Part shown: positions 27,152-42,300 of the stretch, piece after piece | Layout: each line of letters begins with the position of its first letter | Numbering within the stretch: position 1 is the stretch's first letter | From: Lytechinus pictus | Lineage: Eukaryota | NCBI RefSeq assembly: GCF_037042905.1 | Contig: NC_087250.1 | Location: 10,356,001-10,420,000 of the forward strand | Direction of reading: 5' to 3' | DNA: 64,000 nt | Made by a program: the position numbers and the translations under genes | The notes under the pieces: model-generated | What the model was told of the DNA's origin: nothing | Databases searched by the model: none | Seen by the model: only the letters and a program-made list of their open reading frames with translations

Positions 27152-27360
27152 TTAATAAAGTTGTGTCCCTGTCCGGGACCCAAACCCACCAAGCATATTT
27201 TGTCCGGCATCTGAGGCATTATCTTCGGCAGCTTTCTTGATTCCTGAGTTAGGTCGCGACCTCTGTTTCGAGGTTGCAGGTTGACTGGGAGGTCGAGGGG
27301 TCAGGGACTCCTTGATCTTAGGCATAGTGGCAGCAGGCTTCTGGTCATCAACCGGCTCTT
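27152..27360 (-). CDS. terminal coding exon X (EEPVDDQKPAATMPK...GFGSRTGTQLY*)
   Basis: ttctcag acceptor, phase 1, ends at TAA stop. Confidence 0.8.
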
Positions 27361-30300
27361 CTGAGAAGTGGTGGAGAAATAAGAAATACATATTTGAGGA
27401 AGGGTCCATTTTCTCTTGAACTGGATTGAAAGGTGACACATGTTACAAATCAAAGTTAGGACAAGCTGTGCTATGGACCTTGCGAATCATCCCCCCCCCC
27501 CCCCCCCCGGGTTCAAGTGAGGAATGGCCAACCTGGCTGTCTTAATCGCCTACGGTCTGGAACAGGACCGTGCAAAGTCCTTATTCAGAAATGGGGCTTC
27601 AGCAGGGATGGAGGCGCTGCCTGCGACTATGGGGAGAGAATCAGACGAGGCAACATCTTGTGGTCTGCCCCCTCCTACCAGAGCTGTGCACTGCCAAAGA
27701 TCAGGGCCCCGTCTTTCAAAGAGTTACGATTGATCCAATCAATTGCAACTCTATGGAAATCCATCAGTGTCATAATTTTTTCAACAGGAAATTTGCACAA
27801 TGTCCTGTTTGAACAAAGAGAAGCGCAGTGAATGCATGAATATACATCATAGCTAGAAAATATTTTGGACACACATGCATAATAGATGTTGATGCAGACC
27901 TGCCAACCTCTGGGAATGAAAAACTGTATTCTGTGATAAAAAAACTGTATTTTTCCCAAAAAAAGTGTATTTCATAATAAAATGCTTGGCGCATTCGCTC
28001 GTCGCGGCGCTCAAGCTGCATGCAAGCTAAAATGCGCACTGCTCTTGCAGATGAAATAAACAACATTAAAACATGTGTATATCTTCACCCTGGTTTGAAC
28101 AAAATGATTGAAAAAAAAAACAAGTTACCTGAAATTACATTGATCTAATAACCATATTTGTGCACGTTTTATGAAATAGAGACATATAGAGATTATTTTT
28201 CTCAATAAATTACGATTTAGTTTTAATTTTTATTATTTTTTTATTATTTTTTTTATACAAGAAACGTATTTTTCAAAGAAAAAAACGTACTGCCGTATTT
28301 TTGTTGCAAAAACGTACTAAATACGGCTAAAACGTACTACTTGGCAGGTCTGTTGATGTTGCTGGCCATCCATAATTGTGATTGATTGGATCGATTGCAA
28401 CTCTCTGTGAGACGGGCCCCTGGAGTCTTGTACCCTCCACTGGACAGGAATTGTTTAGTGCCCCGAGAAGATGAAGAATAAGTTAGGAAAATAATTTCAA
28501 AGAGCATGATCCCATGCCATGACCTAACTTGTTTGTACCAATGATAGTCAAAAGCACAGGAGTCTACATACTGTGTAATTCATCTAACTGAAGAGCAGTC
28601 ACAATTTGAGATACCCAGGGTCCGTTTCATAAAGCTGTTCGTAATTTAAGAGCGACTTTAAGAACGACTGGTGATCGTTTTTACGCTCTAAACCATCGCC
28701 AATGAATCTACCATTTACCACAAGAAAGGATCACCAGTCGTTCTTAAAGTCGCTCTTAACTTACGAACAGCTTTATGAAACACCTACCTGCTATTTCCAA
28801 TATATTTTCCATTGTTTTATCGAAAGGTATATGAATCAAGACTACTCTACAACACAAAAGCTTACTATAAGATCCATTCTGTGTAATTAATAACAATAAT
28901 ATGCAAAATTTATATAGCACTTAATACAAGCACTGCATACTATTACCCCAGCTTCAGCACGGCAATCCTGATCGGACGCACGAGGAATTCCTTCCTACCG
29001 GTTATCCACTTACTACACCTGGGTGGAGAGTGGCAATTGTAGGTAACGCCTTGCCAAATTACTACTTTGTACCTGTTGCTTGTTGGGTACCGCTGGATTT
29101 CTTCTTCCCGACTTTCTCCTTGCTGGATCTTTTGTTAGTCACGCTCTCCGTAGACAGGCGCTCCATCCGGTTTTCTTTCTCCAGGGATGCCCGACGCGGC
29201 AGCAGCCTTTCGTTGGAGCTACGATGATTGACAAGAACCGAAGAGCTACCTTTGGAGGTTGGAAGGGTTGGGTTTGACACGGCTGCAGAGGAAAAGGAAG
29301 ATAGAGGATTACCGTCAAGGGCTAAATATTTAGGCAATCAAGATTAAAATTGTGATAACAATTGACTTGTAAGAAAAAAAAAATTGTTTGTTCTATTTTT
29401 TTTCTTCCTTTTTTGCTTTTCCTCCATCACCTCCTGCTTCATCATCCTAATCAGTCTATTCCTCCTCACTCTCTTCCTCCCCCTCTCTCTCTTTAGTGTT
29501 TTCCATAATCATCATCATCATCACTCCTTAGTTGAAGCATTTGCACTGGTTACCAGTTGACAAGAGAATTTCTTACAAAGTTGCACTGTTAGTTTATAAG
29601 TGTATGCACAAAATGGCACCCGAATACATCTATAGTTTACTTAGATCACCACACCGGCCACATTACAGACTTCGTTCTAGTGAAGACACTACAATTTTAC
29701 ACATTCCTAGAGTCGTTTCAAAAGGGGGGGGGGGGAAGCTAGTTTTGATTTTTGCGGTCCCAAATTATGGAATAGTTTGCCAATTCACCTTCGATTATGT
29801 ACTTCTGTTAAATCGTTTTAAAAACATTTGAAAAAATACTAATTTTTGTTGTAGTGTAATTGTAATATTGGAGAGCAATTTGTATAAAGTGCATAGAGCA
29901 ATTTTAATTGATTATGCGCTATATAAGCAGACCTGCCAACCTCTGGGAATGAAAAACTGTATTCTGTGATTAAAAAAACTGTATTTTTCCCCAAAAAAGT
30001 GTATTTTATAATAAAATGCTTGGCGCACTCGCTCATCGCGGCGCTCAAGCTGCATGCAAGCTAAAATGCGCACTGCTCTTGCAGATGAAAGAAAAAAACA
30101 TTAAAACATGTGTATATCTTCACCCTGGTTGGAACAAAATGATTGAAAAAAAAAAAAAGTTACCTGAAATTACATTGATCTAATAACCATATTTGTGCAC
30201 GTTTTATGAAATAGAGACATATAGAGATTATTTTTCTCAATAAATTACGATTTAGTAAAAAAAAACTTTAAATACGGCTAAAACGTACTGGTTGGCAGGT

Positions 30301-33300
30301 CTGTATAAGTACCAATTTATCATCATCATTATCATCATCATCATCATCACCACCACCACAACCACCACCATCACCACCATCCTCAGCATCAATATCATCA
30401 TCATCAACATCAAAACCATCATCATCATCATCATCAACATCATTAGTCATCACCACAATCATCTTCATCACCCTAACCACCATCCTCAGCATCAACATCA
30501 AAACCATCATCATCATCAACATCAAAACCATCATCATCATCGTCATCATCAACATCAAAATCTTCACCATCATCATCTTCACCAATTCATATTATTCTTA
30601 TCATCATCAACCTACCTTGAGTTCCAGATGGTTGCCTGACTCCACGATGACCCGACTGAGTGGAACCCGACGGCTTGATACCAGAGGGAGGTCTAGGCGT
30701 GATCACGCTACCACGGCTCCCGTGCTTGGTCCTGGAAGTCCGCGACATTCCAAGCTCTGTCGCGCTGATCAGACTGGCCTGATTGCGAGACGCACGTCTG
30801 CTGGAGGAGGTCGACTTGGACGGCTTGGTGGGAAGGATTTGATATCCACTTACTGAAAGACCAGCAGAGCTTCCGTACGCACTCTTGACCTAAGGGGGGG
30901 GGGGGAGGAATTCATTAATAAATATAATAAATATCATTTATGAGAAGGCAACGATTATCTAGTTACCTATCTGATGGCACAATATGTATAACGATGGCGC
31001 AATATGTATAGCTCCAGCTGGTAAAGGCGCTTGGTGCATTCAAAGAATTAATCCTACCGCATACCCGTTTACCTCACCTGGGTTGAGTGCAGCATAATGT
31101 GGATCAATTTCTTGCTGAAGAAAATTACATCATTAGAAAGGGGTACACAAAGTGACAGCCAATCCAAGTTACAGTTGGTCAGTCTTGCCATAATAACATT
31201 TTGTGTGTGGAAGTGTAAGCGTGTCAATATAAGATACTTTATTATGCATTATAATAATAATAATAATAATAATAATACATATGATTTATATAGCGTCTTT
31301 TTCATTTTGATTAAATGCTCAAGGCGCTTAAATTACAAAAATGTCTGTCTTATACATGTATGCTTCCTGTTCAAAGATCAAGGATTCACTAAAAAAAAAA
31401 ATGCTATAGTATAAACACTTTGCAGGAGAGGTATTCTTTAGATAGGGGTATACAATCAAAGGTACAAATGGGCAGTTTTGCTGTAATCACATGTTTAGGT
31501 GTGTAAGGGTGTCTAGATGAGGCATTTTACTATTATGTATCCTGTCTTATAAAGATCAGGGATTCCTGTTTGAAAAATTGCTAGAGAATACAAGCACAGG
31601 GACTGCCAGGAGAGGATGATTGCTTTCTAAAACTTCCAGGGAACAGAAGCAAAACTAGGACCCCAAGCCCTTGGGAATTGCTTGTAGAGAGCAGCATTTG
31701 TGGAACTCAAGAACCCAAAGAAACAACGAGAAGAAAGTAAGCGGGGAGTGACTGTCCACGCTAATGCTCCAATCATTGTTGCATACTAACCTTGCCAGCT
31801 GACTGGCTCGACACGGTAGACTTCCTACGCGGGGAAGAAATCCGCTTGTGGTTGGACAGCCCCGCCCGACTGTTCCGCACAGATGCTGGAGCCTTAGGAC
31901 TCAGGGCACCGTGCCTCCCTTTCTCTGAGGTGGACGTCACCGATTTGACTGTCTTAGATCCTGCAGGTGTCAACGAATGACCAGTAATGGTCATAGAATG
32001 GGACCCTGAGGGACTCCGATCTGATGGCGGCCTCACCGTCGGGGGCATGGGCCGTTGACTAGCCTGAGAAGCGCAGCTTCCCGACTGACTAGGCACCCCG
32101 TATGCTCGGCTAGAAGATGACGAGCTTGGTGTTCGTGGGGACTGCAGCTGGCTCGTACGGATAGAGGGAAGACGGTCGGGTGATTTGGCGCCGCTGTCGG
32201 TGTTTGAATTGTTGCTGTCGTTCTCGACTTGCAGCGGGCGTTCTGGTGGAGTCTCGGGATTTGAGGGATCTTTAGCGTGCGGATCATCTTCAGATGCTTC
32301 AGCTGCAAGACATGAAAATTAAATCAGGAATTACAAAGACTAACAATTATTGTATTTCAAATTGACCGTGATAGGTTAAATATATTCATTTAGGGTTTTA
32401 GGCCCAAATTCACAAAGTTTCTTTTGATTCTGTGATTTGAATCTATAGCTAATGCAAATATCTTGCATTAATTATGCTCAATTGGTAAATGGTGTTGAAT
32501 TTTTACCTGATTACTAAGAAAGCATGACGCTTGTAAGCAAGCAACCAGAGGACTGACGGCATAAGGTCCTCTCCAAGGGACTTAGTAATTAGGATAAATG
32601 CTTTACCAAAGGGCAGTAGCGCACCAATTGGAAATTGAACCCAAGTCACTGGAACCTAAAACCCCCGCTCTAACGACTGGGCTACTGCGCCTCCCAATGC
32701 AGCAAGTATATTGAGAACGCATTAAATAATGAATGCACTCTTTTTTAAGAGCATGCTAAATTGATGTTTTTTACTAAGGGTAATCGCAATAATTAGTTCA
32801 CTGTTTTGAACGAAGGACCCCAGCCTACATGCGGGCTCCACCTCTAACGACTTAAGAAAATAAAATTGATGTTTGAGAGGACTTGCATTCAAGTGAGGCT
32901 CCACGTACCTTGTTTTTCCTCTTGAACTTCCTTTTCACCTGGAACCCCATCGGTATTCTCAGCTGATTCGGTGTTTTCATCTGCACCTTTAGTCTCCGGC
33001 TCAGGTGTTTCTTCCTCAGGGGCGTGTCCATCAGTTTCCAAGGCAACAGAGCTCTCATCTTAAGGAGTTAAAAAGTTGGAGAGGAAACCACATAATAAAC
33101 TAGAATAACCATAAAAGACTGAATTGCACAGGGTAAAAACTTACACAAAAACCTCTAAATATGTTGGTAATGGATTCACATTTTTATTATATTTATTTAT
33201 TATTTTTTTTTTTCTCTCTCTCTTTGTAAACTGTGTAAGCCCTTTCCCTGTTGTACGGTAATCAGGGGGATACATTGTGATAGGCCAATGGCTTTCTGTC

Positions 33301-36300
33301 TTTCCCCCACATCCGCCGTACAGCGGAAATCATTGTTTTTTTTTATTGTGTTTAACTATCTATTTATGACTACTTATACTTTATACTTGTCAATATCTGT
33401 TCTGTTGTATGAGAATTTTATTTGTATTTATGTATTTTTGTGAATTTTAAAGAGGTGTGAAATAAATGAATCTGTAATCTGAAACATTACCATGTGGAAC
33501 CGCCAAGCCCCCCAAATCAAAGTCAACTCGATATTAAAAAACCGATTTATACAAATATGGGACCAAAATTACTCGAGTTTGAAATTTGAGTTATGTTCAG
33601 GGGAACTCTTTCTGCATAAAAACCTATAAATGAGTTTGTTATGGATTCACATTGACCATGTGGAATTGCCAAGTCCACGAAATCCAAGTCAACTCGACAC
33701 TGAACCGATATAAATACAAATATGGGACCAAATTTACTCGAGTTTGAATTTTGAGTTATGTTCAGGGGAAATCTTTCTGCATAGAAACCTCTAAATGAGT
33801 TACTTTGTAATGGATTCAAATTTACCATGTGGAATTGCCAAGTCCACAAAATCCAAGTCAACTCGATACTGAACCGATATAAATACAAATATGGGACCAA
33901 AATTACTTGAGTTTGTATTTTGAGTTCTGTTCAGAAGAACTATTTCTGCTTTGGCGGCTAATCTCGAGTCTACAGGTTTTTTTCTTTTCTTTTGTGACAT
34001 TACCTGTTGCTTTTGTAATCTCATTTTCAGCAGAAGGAACTCCAGCCTCATCTGTGGTGGCCATTTCCATGACAAAAGCTTCGGCCTTGGTATCTGATTC
34101 CATGACAACAGCCTTCTCTTGCTGATCAGTAGGTGGCGCTTGCTTTTCTTCTGTAAAAATGAATAGCAATACCCCATTTAATTATGATGATAATAATTAT
34201 AATAATAGCTGGATTTATTAAGCGCTTTTTGCCCAAGGATACAGAGCGCTGCTATTATTACCCCAGCTTTAGCTGTGCTGCCAAATAGGGGCTGAAGTAT
34301 TCAAGGAATATCTGCCTACCGGGTACCGATTCACCTCACCTGGGTTGAGTGCAGCACAAAGTGAAACACTCACCAGGTAGTCCCTGTACAAAGCCTATGG
34401 GAATCACAGCATTCAGTATTCAAAACACATTTCTTACTAGACCTGGTGGGTGTTTCATAAAGCTGTTCGTAAGTTAAGAGCGACTTTAAGAACGACTGGT
34501 AAACCTTTCGTGTGGTAAATGGTATGTACCAAAATGTCCATTGACGATGGTTTAGCACGTAAGAAAGGTCACCAGTCGTTCTTAAAGTCGCTCTTAACTT
34601 ACGAACAGCTTTATGAAACGGCCCCCTGGAACCATTTATTTTTTCGTCCTAAAATGAAGATGAGTGCAATATTGGCCTAACGAGTGTCATATTTATGAAA
34701 TACCATCCAATATAATCACCATCGCTATTATATCATTGTTCTCTAGACCATGCACTGCACCACAAAAATGAACAGCATTGTTTTGTACCTAAGTCTGTGG
34801 GTAACTAGTCATATTTCTGTGAATCATTCAATACGCTCTGTTATTGCAGTCAAATCAGACAGACCAAAACACGGTTTTAACTCATTGGAGACGGACCCTG
34901 CATATATGCGTAGTTTCCTTCAGCAAGAAATTTATCCACATTGTGCTGCACTCAACCCAGGTGAGGTGGATGGGTACCTGGCAGGAATTTATTCCTTGAA
35001 ATGCCGAGCGCTGGAAAATCTGCTTGAGCTTCAGCCGGGGTAATAATATCCAAGTCCTTTGGAAGCGAATAGAGACGTTATTCATAATGTGTTATGCGCT
35101 ATACAAGAACTGACTATTATCATTATCATTATTATGCAGACTGGAGTCTATGAAAAACGTGTGTTATAGCAAAACCATTGGCCCGAATTCACAAAGGTGG
35201 TTTTGAAAACCATCGGTTTAAGTCATGGTTTATGCAGATTTCCTGTATAGATTAAGCTTATTTTCCACATATATAAAAAAAAAAGTCCAATGCTGATGCG
35301 CTCTTTTGTCACAGTGCACCAAATTGATGCCTGGTTGCCATGGTTAAGTACCCTATTTTATTTACGAGTGCACTGTTTGGAGAGTGGACTCATGAATAAA
35401 ATAGCGTGGATAACTAGGGCGACAGGCGTCAATTTGGCGCACTATGACAAAAGCGCGCATCAGCATTCATTTTGACATTGTTTAATATACGTGGTAAATA
35501 AGCGTAATTCATACAGGAAATCTGCATAAACCATGGGTTCAACCGATGGTTTTAATAACCACCTTTGTGAATTCAGGCCATTGAGTCTCCAAAGGGTTAA
35601 TGCACCAATGAAAGCCTCTATCCAGATAACACTCACCTTCATCCTCTCCTGCAGGCGCATCTTCTCCCGTTGCCAAAGCCTCGGAACTGGCTTCCTCGAC
35701 ACCTTCCCGAACCGGACCATCACCTTTCGGATTCTCTGTATCAATGACCACCTCATCGTCATCATCGTCATCATCGAGGGTTGGATCTTGGAGCATCGCA
35801 GGAATGGGCGTCTTGGGTCGGTGGGAGGCGTAGATACTCTCTCTCCTGGCTGGAGGTTCGATGGTCTTCGATGTGAAATGGACGCTGGCGCCGTGATGAA
35901 TGCTAGAGCCGCGTTGGATGCTGGAATGTTGGAAGTTGCTCGAGTCTTGGTGCAGGCCGACAGAGGAAGGTTGGCTTACCTCACCTGACATCATTAATGA
36001 TAAAAAAAAATCCTTATTTCATTGTTTGAAACAAAAATCAGAAACAGAAATTCTCAGAAAATTTGTTTTGCCCGATTAATTGTGGGCCTGGCAGCCACTG
36101 TGATGTAGCTCTATCCTATGTGCCAAACAGGGTAGCAGCAACTCCCAGCTTTTAACACCTTTTGGTCTAACGCGGGCCACGCGGGCGGGGTTTGATGGTG
36201 ATGGTGGGTGAGGGGGGCGGGGGGGGGGGGGGTAAGGTGTTGAATTCAAATACATGCACCATTTATTATTACATGGTAGGTAAAAAGATCTGTATTAGAA

Positions 36301-39300
36301 TGTTTTCTTTCGGACACATGTAATTAACAAACATTTTCAAAAGTTTCTGTTCAATTTCCCATTTAAAGCTAAATTACAGTAGTTGCAGTAAAACACTAAT
36401 TTCGTGAGAAAGTCTGTAAAACCAAAGTTAAGTATGACTATATCATCGTGGATCTAGATCTGGTACAGTTACATAAACTGAACTTTGTGAAATCATAAAA
36501 TCTAAGCTGAAATACGATCACACTGAAGATCGCCAACACATATAGGCACACGTGGGACAGTGTATTATTATTGCTGGAATAAAGACCCGACGGAAGTGAC
36601 CGAATCCGCGCTTATTTTGCTTTTTTCTCAGCAATTACACAATTTTTTCCAGAATCCTTTGGCACATATTTTTTATTCATACAAACAGACACTTGGGTGG
36701 TCATTATATTAGATTCTGTAAAAAGTCATTTTGAGATCGTTACCAGAACTGGAATTTACCTTTAAAAAAAATCTTACAGTCATAATTTTATTTTGTTATG
36801 GTGATGTATTTGATATATTTTTTTAAATAATGTAATACCCGAACTGTTCATATGATGAATGTACATTTGAATGTTTTTATTAAATGGAATGAATAAACAA
36901 ATTGAATTAAATTGAATTAGACTGATAGTTGTTATTGCCATAATGGGAGGTTGGCTTTACTAATTAACTAATGACTACTGGGCAGAATAGCAGAAAAGTT
37001 TGACAAGATTTTCATGATGGTAACTTGCCTTCAATTTTAAGTAACGTGGTAACAATGTTCAACTCGACAGCTCATAAAAATAAAGTTGACACTGAATGAA
37101 AAACTACCATTACAATCCTTCATACTGTCAGTCACCTTCCCCTATAAGATATCTAAAGGGAATATTACAAAATATGGGGGGGGGGGGGGAGGAAAGGAAA
37201 GAAGATGGATAAGAGTAGTCTGTATGTCCCCTTCCCCTCCATGATATTTTAAAGAAATGATTGATAAATATGGGGAAAAAGAAGAAAGGGAAATATTGTT
37301 GAAGGAACGAGCCGTCTCGACAATGGTCGGTTGTGAAGGTAATATAATACCAGTGGTTTTTTAAGAGACATGAAAATGAAATCATTTACAAGCCGTCTCC
37401 CGGCCCTTGTTCAACCCAAGTATTCTGTGACTTACTGCTAGGTGTTTCCTCGGGTGCCTGTGTACCATCTGACAAAGCCCCGGCTGTAAATCTCTCAATG
37501 CTCTTCTTCGATGACCGCCGACTAGCCGGTTCCGACGAGCTTTCGTGAGACGGGATGCTGGCGCTGGACTTGCGTGTCCCGGAAAAGACATGGCTGATGC
37601 GAGAGAACAGCCCGCTCAGCCCGCCCGAAGACTTCACCTTCTTCGATTTCCGACCCTTGCGGCTTTCGCCGTCCTCTCCGGAGCTGCTATCGGCGAGGTT
37701 CGGGGAGGCGTCGACAGAGTGCGTGGAGACCTCGCGCCTTGTGCTTTCTCTCTCTGCGGAGAGCGCCCTCTCTTGTGCCTCTTCAGCCGACTTGGATGAT
37801 GGAATAACCTGTTGCTCAGTATGATATGAAGTGGTAGCTTTCGGACTCTCTTCCGTTGCTGATACTGCAGCATCTGCACCACCTGTGCCATCAGCATCCA
37901 CCAAGGTATCCTGATGATCACCATCAGACTTGGTAGATCTACCTTCTGAGGTCTTTGCTGAGTGGACACCTGTAAGATACAGTATACAAATAATGCACGT
38001 AAGCGCGTGCATGCAAGGCCAAATAATGAACGATGTGCGAGAAGAGCCAATGGATATAAGTACCGCACCGAGGTCCGCAGGACCGATTGTGGTATATCAT
38101 TTGATGAGTCGAGCACAGAGTTCATTATTTAGGTCCTCTATGCACAAGAATGCTTACATTGTTTGTTTTATACAACCTCTCCCCCCTCCCCCATGTTACT
38201 GAGTTGCCCCAAATGCTATATTTGATCTTAATTCTAGATAATTCCAGACCTTGCACTATCCTGCACTCTACATCAGAGTGCAGGATGGTGCATTTTGGAT
38301 GCCAAAGTGCAATTCGCTGAATATCATGTGATCCAATTTGGACCAATCAGATTACAGAACATTCTTGGGAGTTGTATACATGTAATACAAATTATCACCC
38401 GTATCAGACATCTGAGCTGGTCATTAACAAAGTCGTATTGCCCTGCATTTTCTGAATATCAGGAAAGGATAGGTATATTGTTTGTATTTTCCTCGGTCTC
38501 AATGCGTGTATTGACTTTGCACGCACAGACGACGCAAAATATACCTTTGTATTTTCCCTGGTCTCACATCCGGGCCTTTGAGGATGCGAATAAAGTGATA
38601 CGCTCGATACGCTTCAAATGTTCCGCGCACCAACGATCTACGTCATAATAAAGACAACGCTGGATCTGGGCGCTTGCAAGTACGTCATAATGGTAAAGTG
38701 CAGAACCTAGACACTGATAGATCATGACACAACAGAACTCTATTCTTAAAAGATATCACTGTTATCATGATTTTTGCTCTAGATATCTGATTTGGATGAT
38801 AATAAAAGTATTGACTGCCCTTCTTTCGGGGAACATCAAATATATTGCCCTTAAAAGACCCATATTGCCCTCGTCTAAAGACTCGGGCCAATATGATTCT
38901 TTTGCTGGCAATATATTTGATGTTCCCCTCAAGACCAGTCAATATTATACAAATATCTCTAACCAGCATGTTGTTAATGCGCTGCCCACTGAAACTACTT
39001 GGTCCTTTTACAAAGCCAAAGTTGATTACAGAATTAAAGGGATGGTCCGGGCTGAAAATATTTGTATCTAAATAAATAGAGTAAAATTCACAGAGCAAAA
39101 TGCTGAAAATTTCATCAAAATCGGATAACAAATAACGAAGTTATTGAATTTTAGAGTTTATCAATATTTTGTGAAAACAGTTATTTGCACATCATCATGA
39201 GTATTCATTAGGTGGGCTGATGATTTCACATCCCCACTTTCCTTTCTCTTATGTTTGAATACATGAAATTATAAATGTTTCATTATTTCATACATGTGTA

Positions 39301-42300
39301 AATGATGTCTCCATTATGATGAAATAAGTTGTGGCAATAAATAACTAATACATTTAATCAGTTGTCAATCCAATTGTTTTAGTTCTTGGTAGAAAAATTT
39401 TGAAAAAAAACCACCTAATTTCATGTAATAAAATACAAAAGAACAAGTGCAGATATGACATCATCAGCCCACCTAATGAATATTCATAAAGACTTGCCTA
39501 GAACTGTGTCACCAAAATAATGCAAATCTTTAAAATTTCAATAACTTTGTTATCCGATTTTGATCAAATTTTCGGCATTTTGGTATGTGGATTTTACTCT
39601 ATTTATTGAGACATAAATATTTCCTGCCTGGACCATCCCTTTAAAGCATCTTCACTCACACATGCACACAGGTATGGGAAGCAAGTGTGAAGTAGAACTC
39701 TCAAATGGTCTTTTAGTTATCATGAGAACAATATATTTTCAAAGCGTATGCTCACCTCTGTATCAACTAGGGATGCCAGTTGGAATTGATCAGAGGGCCT
39801 GAAAATCACCTAGAATACAATATTTTGTACACAAAAATGCTAAAACTATGGCCTGAAAATAAAGTGCCAGAGCCTGATCAACTTTCATACCTCCTTGATA
39901 CCTTGATACCTCAAAATCTAATATGATGATATCAACTCATATAAAAATTCTTTGACTAAGTACGAGGTTGATCTGTCAAACACTCCTTTAGTTATTACAA
40001 CAAAATCGAGACAGATGAATGGACAACCTGAAAACATGTCTTTGGCAACCATCTACGGGCAAGGGAGGCATAAAAATGCTGCTAAGGTTGACTCGATGAT
40101 AAAGTAGTTCTCTAAAACCCAAGATAATCTTAGACATTGAATAGGAAATGCTTCCTTTTTTCAACGAGGTTTTGTTTCTATGGTTATTTGACAGATTCTA
40201 AAAGTATAAGACACTGACCATCATTACCAGGAGTGTCACTCGATTTCTTCTCAACTTGTTCTGGCTCGGCGTCAAGACCTGTCCTGGCCTGAAGTGGCTC
40301 GGAGGCAGGTGTGCCCTCAGCCTGGACCGACTCAGAAGCTAAAGTTGGCTCGGTGGCAGGAACTGTCTCAGTCTTGACCGGCTCAGTTGAAGGAGTCTCA
40401 GTCTGGACCGGATCGGGAGCAGGTTTGGGTCTCCTCTTGGTTGGCAGGTAACAAAGTCCCTCTGTTTCCTCCACGCCGACAAGAGCCTCGTCCGAATGCT
40501 TCTCCATGATGTCCTACAAGAGAACAGTTAGAGGGTCATGGGTTCAAATCCCAGCCATGGCGTGATTTCCTTCAGCAAGAAATCGATCCACGTTGCACTG
40601 TTCTTGACCCAGGCACAGTGAATGGGTACACAGTAAGAGAAATTCCTTGAATGCACTGAAGGCTGCTGATTAAGAGGTAATCGAGTTAAAGACTCTGGCA
40701 AAAAGCGCCATATAAATCCAGCTTTTATTATCATTAAAACAGAATTGTTATTGTCAAAGGAATTGATTCACTTTGATGAATGTAGAAAAAATTGTTTTTG
40801 AATTGTATGGGAGAAATACAGGATTCTCACTGTTAAATTGACCTCCCTTGCAGAAAGCCGTTCTTAGTAATAAGTAAACATTTAACGATCTGCATTATAC
40901 TGGAATGCTGTTCTAAAATACAAATCTTGCAAAGTGTAGCAACAATTACCATTTTTTCACACAAGCTGATTCTATGAAAAATGTGAGATTATGACTTTGA
41001 AAAGCTATAATACTTACTTGCTCCTCCTTTTCCAAAACCTCACAGACCATGTCCATCCCTGTCGGCAGACTGGCCGTGTGGCGGCTCGAGATGTCTTTGA
41101 CCAGGGTATCCCGAAGCATCCTGGCTGAACCCTGACAGTACGTCATGTCTGGACGGAAGATGTTCCTGAAGGAGTTCCTGGCAGCACACTTGCTCTTGCT
41201 GGGGAACTTCCCATCTGCCTCGGGTTTCATGGAGATCGCCGAGAGATGCGACTCCACCATGTGTCCTCCGACGTTGATCAGGTTCTTCTGGTAGATCGGG
41301 ATGATCGAGGAGTGGTCTTCGGGGATCTCCTCGCCTTCGTCTTCGGAGCTGCTTGATGAGGGCGCTGCTGGTTCCTCACGGGTCAGTCCGCTGCGGGAAC
41401 TTGATGCCTGATTGAAAACAGTTCGGACATGACGTCACCACTTACATGCCAGAATCTTGGGTCTTTTTATGGTGACACAACATTTGCTACGATCTTAATA
41501 TCTCAGGGGGTATAGGGTTAGAGTAAGGTCTGAAGAAGAGTTTTTGGGTTAGAATAATGTAAAGATAAGGATTAGGGTTTATTTAATTAATTTGGGAGAT
41601 CAGGTTTTAGGCTCAGCTTAACGTGCAGATTTTCCATCAGAGCAGTTATCGCCGGAACAATTGTCATGGAACCCTTTATATGAAGGCTTCGTATCAACAA
41701 ATTTCAATAACAAATTTTCAATCAGCCAATCAGAGGCTGACTGGAACTCTCCTTAGGGTGACATTGGATAGAATTGGCTCCTTGATTGTCTGCATGCCAT
41801 GATTTCTATCAACCAATAAAATTTAAAAGTAAAGGAATGTATTAACAGCAAACAATTATTTCAGGAGAAAGTCTATAAAATCAAGGTTAAATGCCACCAT
41901 ATAATGATAGATCTAGATCTGGTACATTGAAATAATCTTATCTTTGTAAAATCATGAAATATTTACTGAAAACCAATTATTTTGATGATCACTAACACAA
42001 AAAGACATACCCGGTTTGTGGAACTGTGGATAAATATTGTTTGGGAAAATACCAGACATTTTATGGAATCCGTTGCTTATTTTGCTCATTTCTCAGCAAT
42101 TCCAATTTTTTTTCCCCAGAGCCATTTGCAACAGAGTTTTCATTTATTTATACATACAAACACTTGGGTGGTCATTTTATTGGATTCTGTTCGAACTCAT
42201 TTTGAGATCGTTACCAGAACTGGTATTTATCCTTAAGAATATCAGTAGTTTCTAACAGTTGTTGGTGTAGCCTTACCCCTGACAAACTGCCTGAAACCCT

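Noticed and set aside
38380..39131. ORFs 38295-38648, 38685-39131 and 38724-39071 as a possible transposase or nested gene
   Set aside because: No recognisable motifs. They overlap repeat-like ATATTGCCC palindromic sequence and a TTAA MITE end.
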